Assembly (NCBI GenBank): GCA_904063045.1 | Contig: CAJFCJ010000006.1 | Coordinates: forward strand, 3,488,408-3,552,407 | DNA: 64,000 nt | Source of the DNA: Dimorphilus gyrociliatus | Lineage: Eukaryota; Animalia; Annelida | Direction of reading: 5' to 3' | Shown here: positions 29,928-47,530 of the stretch, piece after piece | How the letters are laid out: every line of letters begins with the position of its first letter | Position numbering within the stretch: the stretch's first letter is position 1 | Notes under the pieces: generated by a model | Seen by the model: only the letters and a program-made list of their open reading frames with translations | Database searches by the model: none | What the model was told of the DNA's origin: nothing | Position numbers and translations under genes: made by a program

Positions 29928-30962
29928 CTATTCTTTAATTATAGTTGGAGCGATCATTTTCTTAAATTGATAATATTTGCATTCCTTCTCTGGCTCGATT
30001 GGCATCACTTCAGTGCTAATATTTTCCTTCTTGAATCCAGATTCGATCAAATGACTCATTTGAGTTTCCTAATTTTTGAGAAAAATAATAAAGATTATCA
30101 AAGGAATTGAACAATAGATTTATTATTTGTTCTTACTTCGAACATTTTTTCGATATCGTTGTATTTTTCTTTTAGAAGATCACCCCATGAGGTCAGATTG
30201 CAATAAGTTAAAACACCTCCTTTCTTTAAAAGCCTATAGGCGTGATTTTTAATGAATTCGAATTGATGTGTATGCCAAGTTTCTTCGCTCAATGGATAGG
30301 TATCGTAAAGAATACCATCTAGGGAGTTGTCCGGAACATTGTTTATAACTTCCTATTGATTAAATATCTTTTATTAATTAAAGTAAATCATTCTTTCTTT
30401 CTTTTTTTTTTTTACATATAAAGATATACGAGGGAATGGGGAATAGACCAATGATAACGGTCAAGGTCGGTGAAAAGTTCACTAGGTTATCTTTTTTTTT
30501 TTTAAAGATCAGACAAGTGCGCAACAATGTCAAGAAGATCAAGTGGTCAATAAAGGTTAAGTAGACTATCTCTAGTATAGCATACCAATAAGGAGAAAAG
30601 AGAAATTATGTAATAACCTGCCATAACCCCTTCATTGGGGTAATTTTATGAGGTTGTGTCTTAGCCCATTCGGTTAGTCTAGAAAAGACACCATCGTTGC
30701 ATTCGATGATAAGGTGTTCATCGATATTCTGTTCTTCAAGCTTAGTTGCGGAGATAGCCATCCCGAATCCAATTTCTAAAACTCTACCACCCTTACTACC
30801 AGCAATCTCGGCTAATTTATGCATATAAGGTGTTTCCCATCTTTCCATAACTGGTTTTCCCATAATTTCCAAATGGGTATCGGTACCATCGTAATCGGCG
30901 GAAGCTTGCTTCCAGTCAGGTTGACAGTTTTCGTTCGCCTTGAAGATTTTTGCAGATTCCAT
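29928..30962 (-). CDS. GAMT: Guanidinoacetate N-methyltransferase
   Basis: Exons 30962-30618, 30352-30137 and 30068-29928. Motifs [43 protein letters not shown] and [13 protein letters not shown]. Confidence 0.97.
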
Positions 30963-31285
30963 TTTTCTTTTCTAAAAAGTATAGTTGTCTTAAATAAGCA
31001 CTCTGACCTTTCTATATTATATTATACATCGTAGCGAACAATATATTTAATACTTAGAGCTGTTGTTATGAGGCAATATTAGCATCTATGTATGAATTAT
31101 AAATATAACATGTAATATTTGCATAAAATCAACTTATTATATAAATAGAATGCATTTAAAAGAAGACAGCACTTTTCAAACTTAACATACCTAACAGGTT
31201 TTGTTGTGTTGTGGTCTGGGCGGCGAATGATTGTCAACTCAGAATTCACTGTCTATATACTATTCGTAGTTTAAATAAGAATGAG

Positions 31286-34083
31286 CTATCGTAAGGTATC
31301 TATTCGCAGCTGTCTAGTTTCAATTACACGTGGTAGTGTTGTAGATGGCGTTATTAATAATTTGACCTTCAAAATTTAAAATATCATTGTTAAATTAGAT
31401 AATGTTTTTTTTAATGCATTAGAAAGTTTTTATATCGATAATTTACTGAACAAATATTAAAAGTCTCATTAATGACACAAGTTTATAAATTGTATAAGTA
31501 AAATTAAAGTCAGAATTATCAATTATCAGCCTTGACCGAGTATTTGCCAAATCTTTTATACAAGTATGATATATATCTGCCCTAACAGTTGAATTTCCCT
31601 CTTTATCCTCTTTCCATTGTACAGAACTATCTTTAATATCGACAATAATCGATCTTACTTTTGAAGCCATTAGAGTTTTCCAAGAACAATCAGATAATAC
31701 TCGCTTATTATCTACATTTTCCAATACTTTTAATACGATTTTATCAGTTTCATTTACCAATCTATTCCATCTGCGTATATTTAAAGAAATGTATTAATAA
31801 CGTTCTATTATCTTAAAAATTTTAATTAATCAACTTTGAATTCGCCACAGCGAATGCAGGAGCTATTAGAGAAATTGATCGATAAAGCCTTTCTTCTAGA
31901 GAGGCGTCTTTTATCAGTGTATTAACGTAATTTTTAGCGTCATTCGTTGGGAAAATATTTAAACCGATATCTTTTAATTGTCGAACGAATATCGACGGTT
32001 CGAATTCTCCTTGTAAAATATTAGGATTAATAAGCGTTACCAAATTATTTGTAACTTTTATTTCAATTCTTATCATTGTTGTATAGAGGATTATAACAAC
32101 TGTATTCTCATAAATAGGTTGTATAATCCAATCTTTAAAAGGGTACTGACAATGTAAATCGTAAAATATGCCATAAGGACCAAATTCTTTTGGTCTAAAT
32201 GTGATACTTTTATTGTTATCGTCATACTTTTCATAATAGAATCCTTTTTAGTTTAGAATATTTTTCATTAGATAATCTAATTAATTAGTTATATATTAAA
32301 TAGTCTTACCATTAGTTACCCAATCATCTCCGTCCCATCTGGCTAAAAAGATGTTTCCAGAAGTGAACAACAAAGTCGATATTTTTATTGTAATAACGAT
32401 ATTATTTTCCGAATCATTTGAATAAATCTTACTCAAAGACTCGGAAAGATCACTTTTAATGTGTTTCATAAACGAATATGTACTCTCAACAAATGACGAT
32501 CTAGCCGTTACTATAGTCTCTTTTACGCTATTCGTTTCCGGTACAATAACATTATGAAAATATTTTAATACTCCTTTCGGTTCCTCAATCTATAAGATAA
32601 AAAAAATAACAATAAAATGCACTCAAAAGTGGAATGAAAAGTATAACGCTACCTTACGGAGAATAGTACCTGGTTTAATTTGATGAGGTTGAGGTGGCAA
32701 TTGAACAAGATCAATATGATATATACTATATAAGAGACTATAACTTCGTAAATCAACAATATACGGTTTATTATAATATTTTTGATACAATTTTGTAGTA
32801 GTTGAATCAAAAAAATTACTATCTTGCGAGTCTTTTAACGTATCAGATACTATATATTGTTCATCGTCGCTATTCACACGAATAATAGGATAATCAATTT
32901 GTTCTATATTTTTCAAGTGGAATAAATTCATTTGAAATTTACATAATTTCTCTAAAAATGGAAATTCTTTTTTATCTTTGTCATCGAAATAGATAAAGGA
33001 TTTCTCTCTTTCAGTCGTTGTTTTACCCCTCAAATTATTATTCTTTATTGTTGTATTCTATAAATAAATGAACTAGAATGTTAAGTATATACAAGTTTTC
33101 ATAGATATTTTTCAATAAAATAACCTCAATCTTCTCTTTTTTTAAAAATGACTTGGATTTATGACTAAGATGATCGTAGTCTATTTTGAGAATTCGAATA
33201 CCGTAATCAATGTTAAAAATATGTTTTGGAATTGTTATATTCATATCTAGACATTCCATTGTTATTGTACGACCTTTTGAACTTTTACTTAAATTTCCCC
33301 ATACTCCTAGGCGGATCTCATTGAAATTTAATTCTTTGTGTAAATTCTCAGCAAACTTATCGGAAACATATTTTTCAGCATCGAATAGAATCTTTTCGCT
33401 TATTCTATCCAATCTATCAATTAAATTATCTTCAAGCTTTAAAATGCATTCATGTCTACTATTCGAAAAGTTTTCGTCAGATTGAATATGATTAACTGCG
33501 TTAATAATTTGTAAAACCTATATAAAAACGATTAAAATCTTTGCAATTTTATAATAAAATAATCAAACAATATGTTTAGTTTCAAAAAAGAAAAAACCTT
33601 TTGACATCTGTTCAATTCTGTGTTAATACCAATAAATTGAGATTCTTTAAGTATTGCTAAGAATGTATTAATATCTCTTTCCGATGATTGATTTGGGAAT
33701 TTACCATTTATATAATCTTGCCATTCACTTTTTAATCTATTCGTCTCATTTCTTTTATTAAATTCTTCTAATTGATAATTCCATATTTCAATTAGTTCTT
33801 TCAACTCTTCGCCACATTTTCTTCTTTCTTCACTTTCCATTATTTTTAACTCTTTCTTTACTTTAAAATTCATCATCAGATTTTCTCGATCTTCTTCATC
33901 TTTCGATTTATCGTTAGTAGTAATGAAAAGTTCTTCAACGTTAGTAACATCATTCTTAACCTTTCGTCGCCTCTTTTTAGACTTTTTCCCAGTACGCTTT
34001 TGTTTAACTCCTCCACCTTTTCCCACACTTTTCGAAAATGTCTTTTTGATTCTTCTTATCTTATTAGAAACTGTCGTTTCCAT
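31286..34083 (-). CDS. DNAI7: CASC1 / dynein axonemal intermediate chain 7-like
   Basis: Basic coiled-coil N-terminus and CASC1-type segments (RLGVWGNLSK, IRILKIDYDHLS, PYIVDLRSY..YHIDLVQLPPQP, GLNIFP). Multi-exon. Confidence 0.8.
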
Positions 34084-34630
34084 ATTTTCTTTAAAATTTT
34101 TTTCAAAATAATCACCATAAAAACTTAAAAATTTGAAATACGTAAAATAAACTGGTAGTATATTAATATAAAGGAAAATATGTTAAGAATTTCACTAATT
34201 AACGGGAATTCGAAAGTTACGTTTTCGTTCCCATAATAACATTACGTAATAGATAATGTTATCGCTATTGAATTCTTATCAACTCCTTTTTTAGGGAAAG
34301 ATATTTACATTGAAACTATAATACTTTAATCTTTCGCCGTTAATGAATGTATGTATAGCTGGTTTAAAATAATTTGTCAATCAATTAACTATTCGTATCA
34401 AGATTAAAGTTAAATTTGAATTCAGTCTTGTTTTCAGTAGAATTTTCTTGTTGTGAATGCGATTTTCTTACGAAACGACCAGTCTTTTGTTCTTCTAATT
34501 TAACTGAACATACCGATGATTTTTTCTCTTCTTTAGTTGTTTCGAGTAATTATAGAATAATTGAAAAGTAATGTTTAGTATTTGTTTCTTGTCTTTGAAT
34601 AATATGATGGGATGGGGGCGGGCGAGGGGT

Positions 34631-35161
34631 TTACTTACTAGATTTTAAAGATTTTTCTTCATCCATCATCTTCTTTCTATAATCGCCAAAAGTTTTTCGC
34701 ATAATTTGACGTTTCTTTACCAGAGGAGCTTTAGGATTTTTTAATGATCTAATTAATTTTGCAGCTTCTTCAACTAGAATGAATTATATTATTAGAAAAA
34801 AAAACGAGTATAAAAAATACTTTACATACTCTGTGAAGCATCTGGATCTTTTTTAGTTGTTAAGCCTAATTCTAGCTGTTCAATACACCAGTATAATTCT
34901 TTTTCAAAATTTTCATCTGGATGAACTGATTCTGAACTTGATGAAGTTGGTTGTGGTGGCTGAAAAATACATATTACGAAATTGAAACACGAGTTACCCA
35001 ATTATCGCTAGCAGCTTTATAGCCTATTTTAAGCCCTTAGATATTTAATTAACGAAATAAAATTTCGACAACATATTAAAAACGTTATAATAAATTTATA
35101 CATTTAATTTAGGAGGAGGAGCAGTTTTTCCAGATTTAGGAATTCGTCGTCTTCCAGACAT
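34631..35161 (-). CDS. UPF0488 / C8orf33-like protein
   Basis: Three exons encoding FEKELYWCIEQLELGL and APLVKKRQIMRKTFGDYRKKM. Confidence 0.85.
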
Positions 35162-37271
35162 ATCGTCTCGGCAGTAAAAATTTGTAAAAATCGAAATATA
35201 TTCAATTTTTTTTCAAATTATTATAGTGTCTTATATAAGGCCTATAAAGAAAAAAAAGCTATTAAAAGTAATAAGGTATAGAACACCCTTGGAGTAAATT
35301 GAATCGTTCTGCCAGTCAATGTTTATTCAAAAAGAAAATTCAAAACATCAAAAAAAGTTCAATATAACTGTAATTACAATAATTAGCGAACTACTTTAGC
35401 CTTTTTATAGGTGAAAATAAAAGCGAGAAAAGGGCATATAGAGTACAAAAAATTGTTAATAAAAGAAGAAAATCTATTAAAAAAGGCTAGAAGCTAGAGT
35501 AGAAATAATAATTATTTGTACAAAGGTTATTTATTTAGGGAAGTGATTGTATTGTTTGTATATTATGTAGAGTATCAAAACATTCTCGTGTCAAAGTTTA
35601 GACTTTTCTCTTGCTGTGGCTTCTTTCTCTCATTCTCTCTTTCTCTCTCTCTCTATTATATTGTGCACTAAAAAGAAAAATACAGTAATTTTCTATAGAT
35701 AATTATCAATAATTGTCTTGTCTGATTAAACCTTGGAATACCCTAGATATTTTGAAGAGAATTTTTTTTTTCAATATTCTGAGTAAAGTACCCTTTTTTA
35801 ACTATTAAAAAGTACGAAATTCCCCTTATGAACTTGTCATTTTTTAAGGTCAAATTATTATTTCTTCACTCTATTAATAAATAATAAATGAAACAGTAAA
35901 GTAAACTATGTCGAAACAAGAAAAAGATAGCTTTACAATTAATTATTGAATAGATTTTAGGTAAAATTCATTGCAGTAATTAATTCAGATTAAACAGCTA
36001 AGGGAAATATATATATATATATATCTTAAGCCGATTAATTTGTAACATGAATTTTTAAAATTAGTAATCGTTGAACGATGGGATTATCGATTCACTTCTG
36101 TGGGGTAAAACGTGCTTGGACTAGGCATATTCGCTTGAATGAATGCTTAAATTGCAAAAGTAGATTTAGCTTGTTGGGAATGTTAAAAAAATTGACTAAA
36201 TCGTTCAAAACTAATCCTTTTCTCTTGTCAACCGCTTAGTTTTGAATAAAATTGAATCTAGCTCCATCTACAGTATAATAGTCTGGTGCTATTCCGTTAA
36301 AAGAGAATAGGTATCCGAATAAACGCGGAATATTGTACCGTATTTTATTTACCTCATGAAAGTGACGGCTCATTAATTCACCGTATTTTCCTCGTTATAT
36401 CTGCAGGTATGTATATAAAATGTTAAGAACTTGTGCAAATTATAAATGAAACTTGTATAAGTTATTCGTAGTAAAAGACATTGAAAATTAAAAATTGTAA
36501 CAAGGTAATCACTATAAAAGCTTACCATTTCGCGTAGAGTCCTACTGATGACTCTAATTTTGATATTGACTAACATAGTATTAAACTACATTATAGAAAA
36601 GAAGATGTATATAAAAATCATTTTATATTTTGTTTCTACAGGGATAAAATAAATTTCACAAAAATGAATATTGAGGTAGTTTGCTATATAAAAAAATGAA
36701 ATAATTATTAAAAATTATTAAAAATAGTGTATTATAACATTATTTATCTTCTATGGTTGTTTTTATTTTATAAATAATATATAACATAATTTAGAGCTTT
36801 TGTATTTTTCTTCCTTTTGTTTTGTTTTAACAATTGAACTAATTAATTAATAAAAATCATATATTTTAGAGAAATTGTTTTTTTTTTCCACCTATTTTAG
36901 TATCATTTTTAACGTTCTCTAACGTGTTTTGTTTGTCTAATTGTAAAGCTTTTGTAGTTTTTAGTATAGTAGACATACGCAAAAAATCAAAAGTGAAGAT
37001 TTTATTAAAGGAAACGAAAGATTAGGTGCTATGTGAGTGAGAGAAAGGGAAAAGGAAGGAAGGGAGGGGGGGGGAGAAAGCTTTACCTCTTAGATAAAAA
37101 CTTTCACTTTAATTTTTGATACTGATACTTTTTTGATATATATTAAAAAAAGGAACATACTTTTACATATTCTCTATATTCTCTCTTATCTATCATATAT
37201 TTTTCTTATCAGATAAATTATTCAATCTTGAAAAAATGTGCTGCTGAAAACAAAAAAAAATCACATAAAGC

Positions 37272-37307
37272 TAGATAGATAGACAGACAGATAGATAGAT
37301 AGATAGA
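37272..37307. repeat. (TAGA/CAGA)n microsatellite
   Basis: Direct reading. Confidence 0.9.
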
Positions 37308-39232
37308 AGAAAAAAAAAGAGAGATATTGAGACGTTTCTTTTTAAAATCTATATCAATGAATGATATTTTTTATTATTATTTCTGATTTATCTATATATT
37401 TAATAATATTCTTTGATTAACAAGTATTTATTGTCTGTATGCTTTATCTATTCTAGTAAAGGATTCAATTTTGTCTTTATCTCTTCTATCCTTTCATTTA
37501 ACCTCTCCTGTCTCCCTTTCCTCCCTCCCTTCCTCTACCTGTCTTTCTTTCATGCGTCGTTTCATTTCTTATTTGTTAGAACTGAAGAGAATTGATCTGT
37601 TTAAAAAAAAGAATAAAAAGGTTCTATATTTTTTTTTTTCAACACTTCCACCCCCCTCTAACCTTTCTTCCACTCCCTTTCCCCCCCCCCTCCCCTGCCA
37701 TTTATTCGAGATATGATGTGAATAGAATTTAGAACACCTTAACCTAATAGTCTTTAGAGGTTGATCAATTGCTCTTAAGCAATTTAATAAGATTTTTTTT
37801 TAACGTGAAAAGTGAATTTTTTCAAAACATAAATAACATATGTAATAAAATCAATTAATTAATCAATTGATTAAGTAACAACAGATGCTTTATCTTGTCA
37901 AGAATTATAAAAAGAAAAAGAGATTAACTTGAATTACGTTAGCCCTTCATCTAGCTACAAGAACACTTAAACTTTAGTTTATCTTGCCTTTATAGCTTAT
38001 TTGCTATTGTAAATAGCTTGTTATAGGCTTAAAACATTTAAAACTTATATGTTATAGTATTTTGAACTTTTATTATCGATACAACAATTTATTTTGTCTA
38101 GTATTGATTGTAAAACGTATCTTCTTAAAAATTAAAAGAATTAATAGCGATAAGATAAATCGACGAAATCTAGCATAGTAAATCTAGTAATCTTACTAAT
38201 ATTACCTGATAAATATACTGTATATATACATATATATATGTATACAGTATATATGGATGCATGTGTGTATGCATGTAGGACAAATAGCTATTTATGCATT
38301 CGTGACTCTATCTCTCTTTTTTTTTTTAACTAAACAATCAATAGTTTAATAGTCGAAAAGTATATTGATCAGGCACTAGCCAGATAATAGCTTTAAATTT
38401 TTTAAAGAGGTTGATACAGATTTATTTTTCTAATATTCCTAAACGAAAAACTATCCGTTACTAATAGTAAATTCTTTTATTTTTAAAAATTCAGGCCTTA
38501 AGTTTTAGTACTAAACTTTGTTTTATTGCATCCTAGTACTAATATATATATATATATCTCTACCTCTTTTATATGTATAACGTAACATACGAAAGGAGTT
38601 GTTTGTCTTCAAACTTATTTTGTAAGTTGTTTCCTTTGTTTTTCATTATTTCAATTATTGTTATATATAAAAGTAATAGCGTATATTGTCATTATTAATT
38701 TTTCAATACTATAAATCATTTATTTTTGTTGGTAATTGATCAACGAATAATTTGTAAGTCTTAGTCTGATAAATATCAATACAAATAGAGGGGATAGTAA
38801 AGAATACAAGATAATAATCATTTTTAATTAAGATCTTATAGATTAAATGTCTCGCGTAAATAATAGAAAGTAATTTATAGTATTAATATCTTTATACTGT
38901 CATCAATCCTTACTTAAATAGTAAAAAAGAGAGAGAGACAATCTGGTTTGATCTTGTTTGGTTTCTTTTGTTTTTTATTCGAAAGAAGAGACGGAGAGAG
39001 ATAGGTCTTCTATTACGTAATAGTGATTATTAAAGAAATATATTAAAATAGTAAGAATTTATAGAGTAAGATTTATTTTTCTCCTTATCAATCAAGTGTT
39101 TCGAAAACGTTATTTCTTTCACAAAGGATTGTTGACGATATTTATTTACAGAATACTTATGCATGTGCGTTTATGTAGGTGTCGTTTTTTTTAATTTTTT
39201 ATTGCCTTCTCTCCATTTCCTTATAAGGAAGG

Positions 39233-39258
<26 letters not shown>
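39233..39258. repeat. (GA)n microsatellite
   Basis: Direct reading. Confidence 0.9.
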
Positions 39259-39263
<5 letters not shown>

Positions 39264-40278
39264 CTATGTTTCTTTTTCTTTCTTGAAGGTAAAGAAAATT
39301 TTTAATATACTTATATACTGTTCTTTCGATAGGCTAATAACTATATACCAAATTTAAATAAGCCTATATAGAAGCTAAAATATTTACAATGCAAGGCTTT
39401 CTTAAACTTAAATCTTCCATAAATTTACTTATGCTATATATTGGCTATAGCGATTTCGGTATCTCAGGGGTGTTAGGTTCGTTAATATTGTTTCGTTTAT
39501 AGAATAGTTTTCAAGGTAAAGTATTAAAAACTAGCAAAGTTAACTATCTATTATTAAAGATACGTAGTACGATACTTTGTATTATTACTCTTAATATACT
39601 GTATAGTAAATATAATCTAATTATCTTTGTTCTACCATTAATCGGTAGGTAAAGAGATCTTATGTATAATTAATATAATCTTATTCAATATAGATAATAT
39701 TTTTATTCGAGTATAGAAAACTATACTATTTTTCTTATAGTAAATCTATTCGTAAAAAGGTTAAAAGTTTATGTTGAGAAATTGATTTCCGGTTTTGAAT
39801 TAATTATATTTTTATTCAATTTTCTATTTTATTTAAGAATATCAATAATAAGCTATTTATTTAAGATATAAACTTAATAATCTAATGACACACAAAATCA
39901 GTATTATTAATAATAATAACAACAACAACTTTTGTTTATTGTTAAGATTACGTAATACTTTTTTTACTATCCTTTTTCTTTTATTAATCTATTGTTAATA
40001 AATAAATAGAGTAAACTTGTCTACTACTATACAGAACATTTTGTAACAGATTTATGTTAAACTCTGTTTTTATATATATATATATATATATAAATTTATA
40101 TATTCTGAAGCATATTGCAAGCAGTCATTTCTATTGATTTCACTTTTTTGAAATATCCTTATGTTAATTGCTTCTTAATGACAGATTTCTTTTTTTATAC
40201 TAAGTTTGATGGTTTGAGGTTAATATATATATATATATATATATAATATACTGTATATTCGTTGTATACTACTGTGTA

Positions 40279-40309
<31 letters not shown>

Positions 40310-40831
40310 TATTCTATATAGGCCTGTTACTCTCACGACTACCACTCTCTTTAATTTCAATAAGTATTGTAATGCAACATTAAATTCTAACTTCTTCTTC
40401 TATATAATATTCACTTAAAGACTTACCAGAGGCAATTTTTTTCAAAGTATTTTAAGTGGTAAAATTTGGGAGAGTTTGGAATATATAGAACGATAATTTG
40501 TTTTATATATTTTAATATAATATATTCTATTTATCATTATCCATTAAGGATAAATAGAGATAATAATTATTAGGTAAAAATTATTATTGTTGTTTAAATT
40601 AACGCTTTGAATAGATGCTTTTTTCTTTGTTTATTAAGTTAAAGAGTGTTTCTGCTTTAAAAAAAGAAAAACAAAATTGAAAAATTTATCCTCCTATGCC
40701 TTTCTATTTTTTTATTTTCATTCTCTCTCTCTTTTTTTTTAATCCGCAATTAATTCAATTACTAATCTATATACTAATATATGTATATGTATATTCATTT
40801 ATTCATATATTTCGTTTTTCTATAATCTTAG

Positions 40832-44566
<3,735 letters not shown>

Positions 44567-44792
44567 TATTAGAATCATCAGTATTTTATTTTTTACTTTA
44601 AAAAGAAAAAAAAGTATATTGTCATATATTGGTATTATTTTTTTTTCTTTCATTATTTTTAATTCCTGGGAAGACTAAAACGAAAATTAAATTATAAAAA
44701 TATTAATATTTTTATCACTTTTTACATAAAAATAAAAAAAAAGAACCACTTTAAAAAATGCTTTGTTTATTTTATTATTTATAAGCGATCAT

Positions 44793-46115
44793 TTATTTTG
44801 AAAGTACGTAGTACATTTCAAAATCATCTGGCATTGGGAATTTACCGTATAACTCAAAGCCAGAATCTTTAAACATTTCTTGCGCCTTTTCAATTCCCCA
44901 GGAGGCTCCTAGGCCAGCACTATCTGGTAGAGAATAGGACATGGGCAAACAGTGCAAAAGTGAGTTGCCGTAGACAAAAGGTGCTACCATATTATCTTTA
45001 TTCTGCGAATGTCTAGTATGACAGTTTATGTCGACAATGCTGAGGTATCCTCCTTTTTTCAAAATTCTAAATGCTTCCTTCAAAGCTTTGTCTGGATACG
45101 GTAGATCATGAATAACATCACAGGTAAGAATCCAATCAAAGGATTCATCATCTGTTTCTGATTTTACACAAGCATCCTGAACGGAAAACGTTACATTTTC
45201 CATATTGGCCGACATTTTCTTTGCCTCCATAATCCCCTCACTAGTTAAATCTTGACCAACAAAAGTTGACTTTGGAAACATTTTTGCGAATGAAATCAAA
45301 TTATGGCCACGATTACATCCAATTTCTAATACTTTATAGTTACCAGTTTCTATAGAAAACGAAACAAAGTTTAATGAATCAATTAATAATCGTAAACGTG
45401 TTTCTATTTAGTAAAACAATACCTAACTTTTCTTTCAATCCTGGTACTTGTTTAATAATTGCGTCCTGTTCAGCAGAAGAATCCGCTAACGAGCGAAATT
45501 TTCCAAGAAGGTCAAATGCTCCATTAGAGTCGTAGGTTTCGTGAGTAATTCCTATATAATGAAAATTATGGAATAATTTTTAATGATTTTAAAAAGATGA
45601 CAAGAACCTCTTGGTCCATCCGGTTTAAAGCAAGAAATAAGCTTATCACTATGTTCAATAAACTTATTCGCAAGTTCTGTAAGTATCATTACTTTTCCTG
45701 ACTCTTTAATGCCAGTCTTTTGATCTTCACTAAGAAAGTATTTGTCTTCATCTTCAGAACCATCAACCGAAATTACTCGTCCTGAAACCATTAAACCCAA
45801 CCATTCTCTTATATACCTGAATATTTTCGAAAAGATAAATAATCAACTTTCCATGTTTTAAATAAAAATCTCAATACCTTTCCTTCAAGTCGCATTTAAT
45901 AGCAAATTCGTTGCAAGTTACAGGCGAATCCAACTGTAGAAGCTTATCGAAGAGGTTCAAATTACTCCCGATTGCTATACCTTATTTTTTTTTGAATGTT
46001 TTACATATCGATTAAAATTCTTTTATAATATTTATATATTAGTTTATTTACCCGCCGAAAAGAATGTTGATGTTAAAGAATTCATGAAGAATTGTTTAGT
46101 TTCTGCTGCATTCAT
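44793..46115 (-). CDS. Rv2258c-like SAM-dependent methyltransferase
   Basis: N-terminal winged-helix segment (LKERYIREWLGLM), SAM motif VLEIGCNRG, DVIHDLPYP, and YGNSLLHCLPMS..GLGASWG. Several short introns. Confidence 0.85.
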
Positions 46116-47530
46116 GATGTCTTATTCTATATGTGTATATTAACATCATTATCCATGGTAAAACAAAACTGGTATTGATATAGATATTTATGACAAATGT
46201 AATTTAAATAGGAATTATTAAAATATTTCATTCTTAATATGAATTTTCTTTAATTGAATATTTACTAATTAACTGACTAATATTAATTTCCAATTTAAAT
46301 ACATCGGTTGCAATTTGATTGTTTTGTACATCTAAACATAAATAAGATACCTTTACGTTTACTACTACAATTTCTCAAAAAAAAAAATTACTGTAACAGT
46401 TTATTAACGTTTAAGAGAAATTTATTTTCTCCCTTGATCTCTATGAAAACTTGAAGTTAAGAGAACGAAACAGGGAAATCACGTGACGAATCAGGTGATC
46501 ACCAGCGCCCTCTACTTATACATCAATTATTTCATTAAACATACCTATTTTAAATTGAATTTAACTATTTATGTAAATATATAGTTCGAAACTTCTTTTT
46601 TTACAATTTTACAAATAATAAACAATTGAAAAAATTACATTTAGTCGTTAATTATTATTTTATCCTTAGCAAAAAAGCAGTTTAAAAGTTCCAGCTAATT
46701 TCTTAGAAAAACTAGACACCATTTTTAATAGGACTGTCTATCTCTTTTGAAATATTGGACAGTTTACTTTTAATCTTTACCCATGTAGCAAGCACTCTAT
46801 AAAAATAATATATAACTACAATTCAGTTGTAATAAAGGTCGCTAATTGTTATAATTATATATTACACTTTATAACTATGAATATTTTCCTTTTTCCTCTT
46901 ATAATGTTATTATTGTTTATTGGGTCAGTTTTACTATTTAAATGACCTCTAAACGAGTTTTTAAAATCTGCTGAGTAATATCTCATCGATCTGAGGTTAA
47001 AACTATTTACCTTTTTATATGTTGATATTTACAAACTGTTTTCAACATGTACATTTTGAGGATTAATTCATTTTGCAATTATTTTTTCCTTCAAATTAAC
47101 CCGATTCTTTCTGGAAAATTTACATAATTAAAACGTTCTTTCTTAAGAACGGTATTATGAAAATTAAAAACATTAGTTTATTTTATATCATAAAAAAGTT
47201 GAATAAACCATTAAAACTTTCTCGATTGAGAGAAATTATGTATTGTAAAATTTTCTCATCGCTTTTCTAGTAGATAAAACGATTAACAATAATAATAATA
47301 ATGATAATACTTGTCTATATAATATGTTCCATAAAAAATTGTTTTTTTTTACTTATATCGAAACTATAAAGCATTACGTAATAATTTTGTTTAGATAACA
47401 CTCTTTTTTTAGAAATAGTAATAATAATTTCATTTTTAAAATTCTTTTTTTTTAAAATTCTTTTCGGTTAAGATTTTTGTTAATTTTTCGATTTATTCTT
47501 CAACGCATTACTCCGCCTTCATAAACAAAG

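Noticed and set aside
30353-30617. Enlarged GAMT intron with GGTCAAGGTCG; possible snoRNA or nuclear-receptor site
   Set aside because: No C/D or H/ACA box arrangement found, and a single imperfect half-site is weak evidence.
36373-39357. Short ORFs in the large non-coding interval (36373-36576, 37413-37716, 39163-39357)
   Set aside because: F/L/I/Y-rich translations of poly-T, poly-C and microsatellite DNA, with no splice-consistent gene model.
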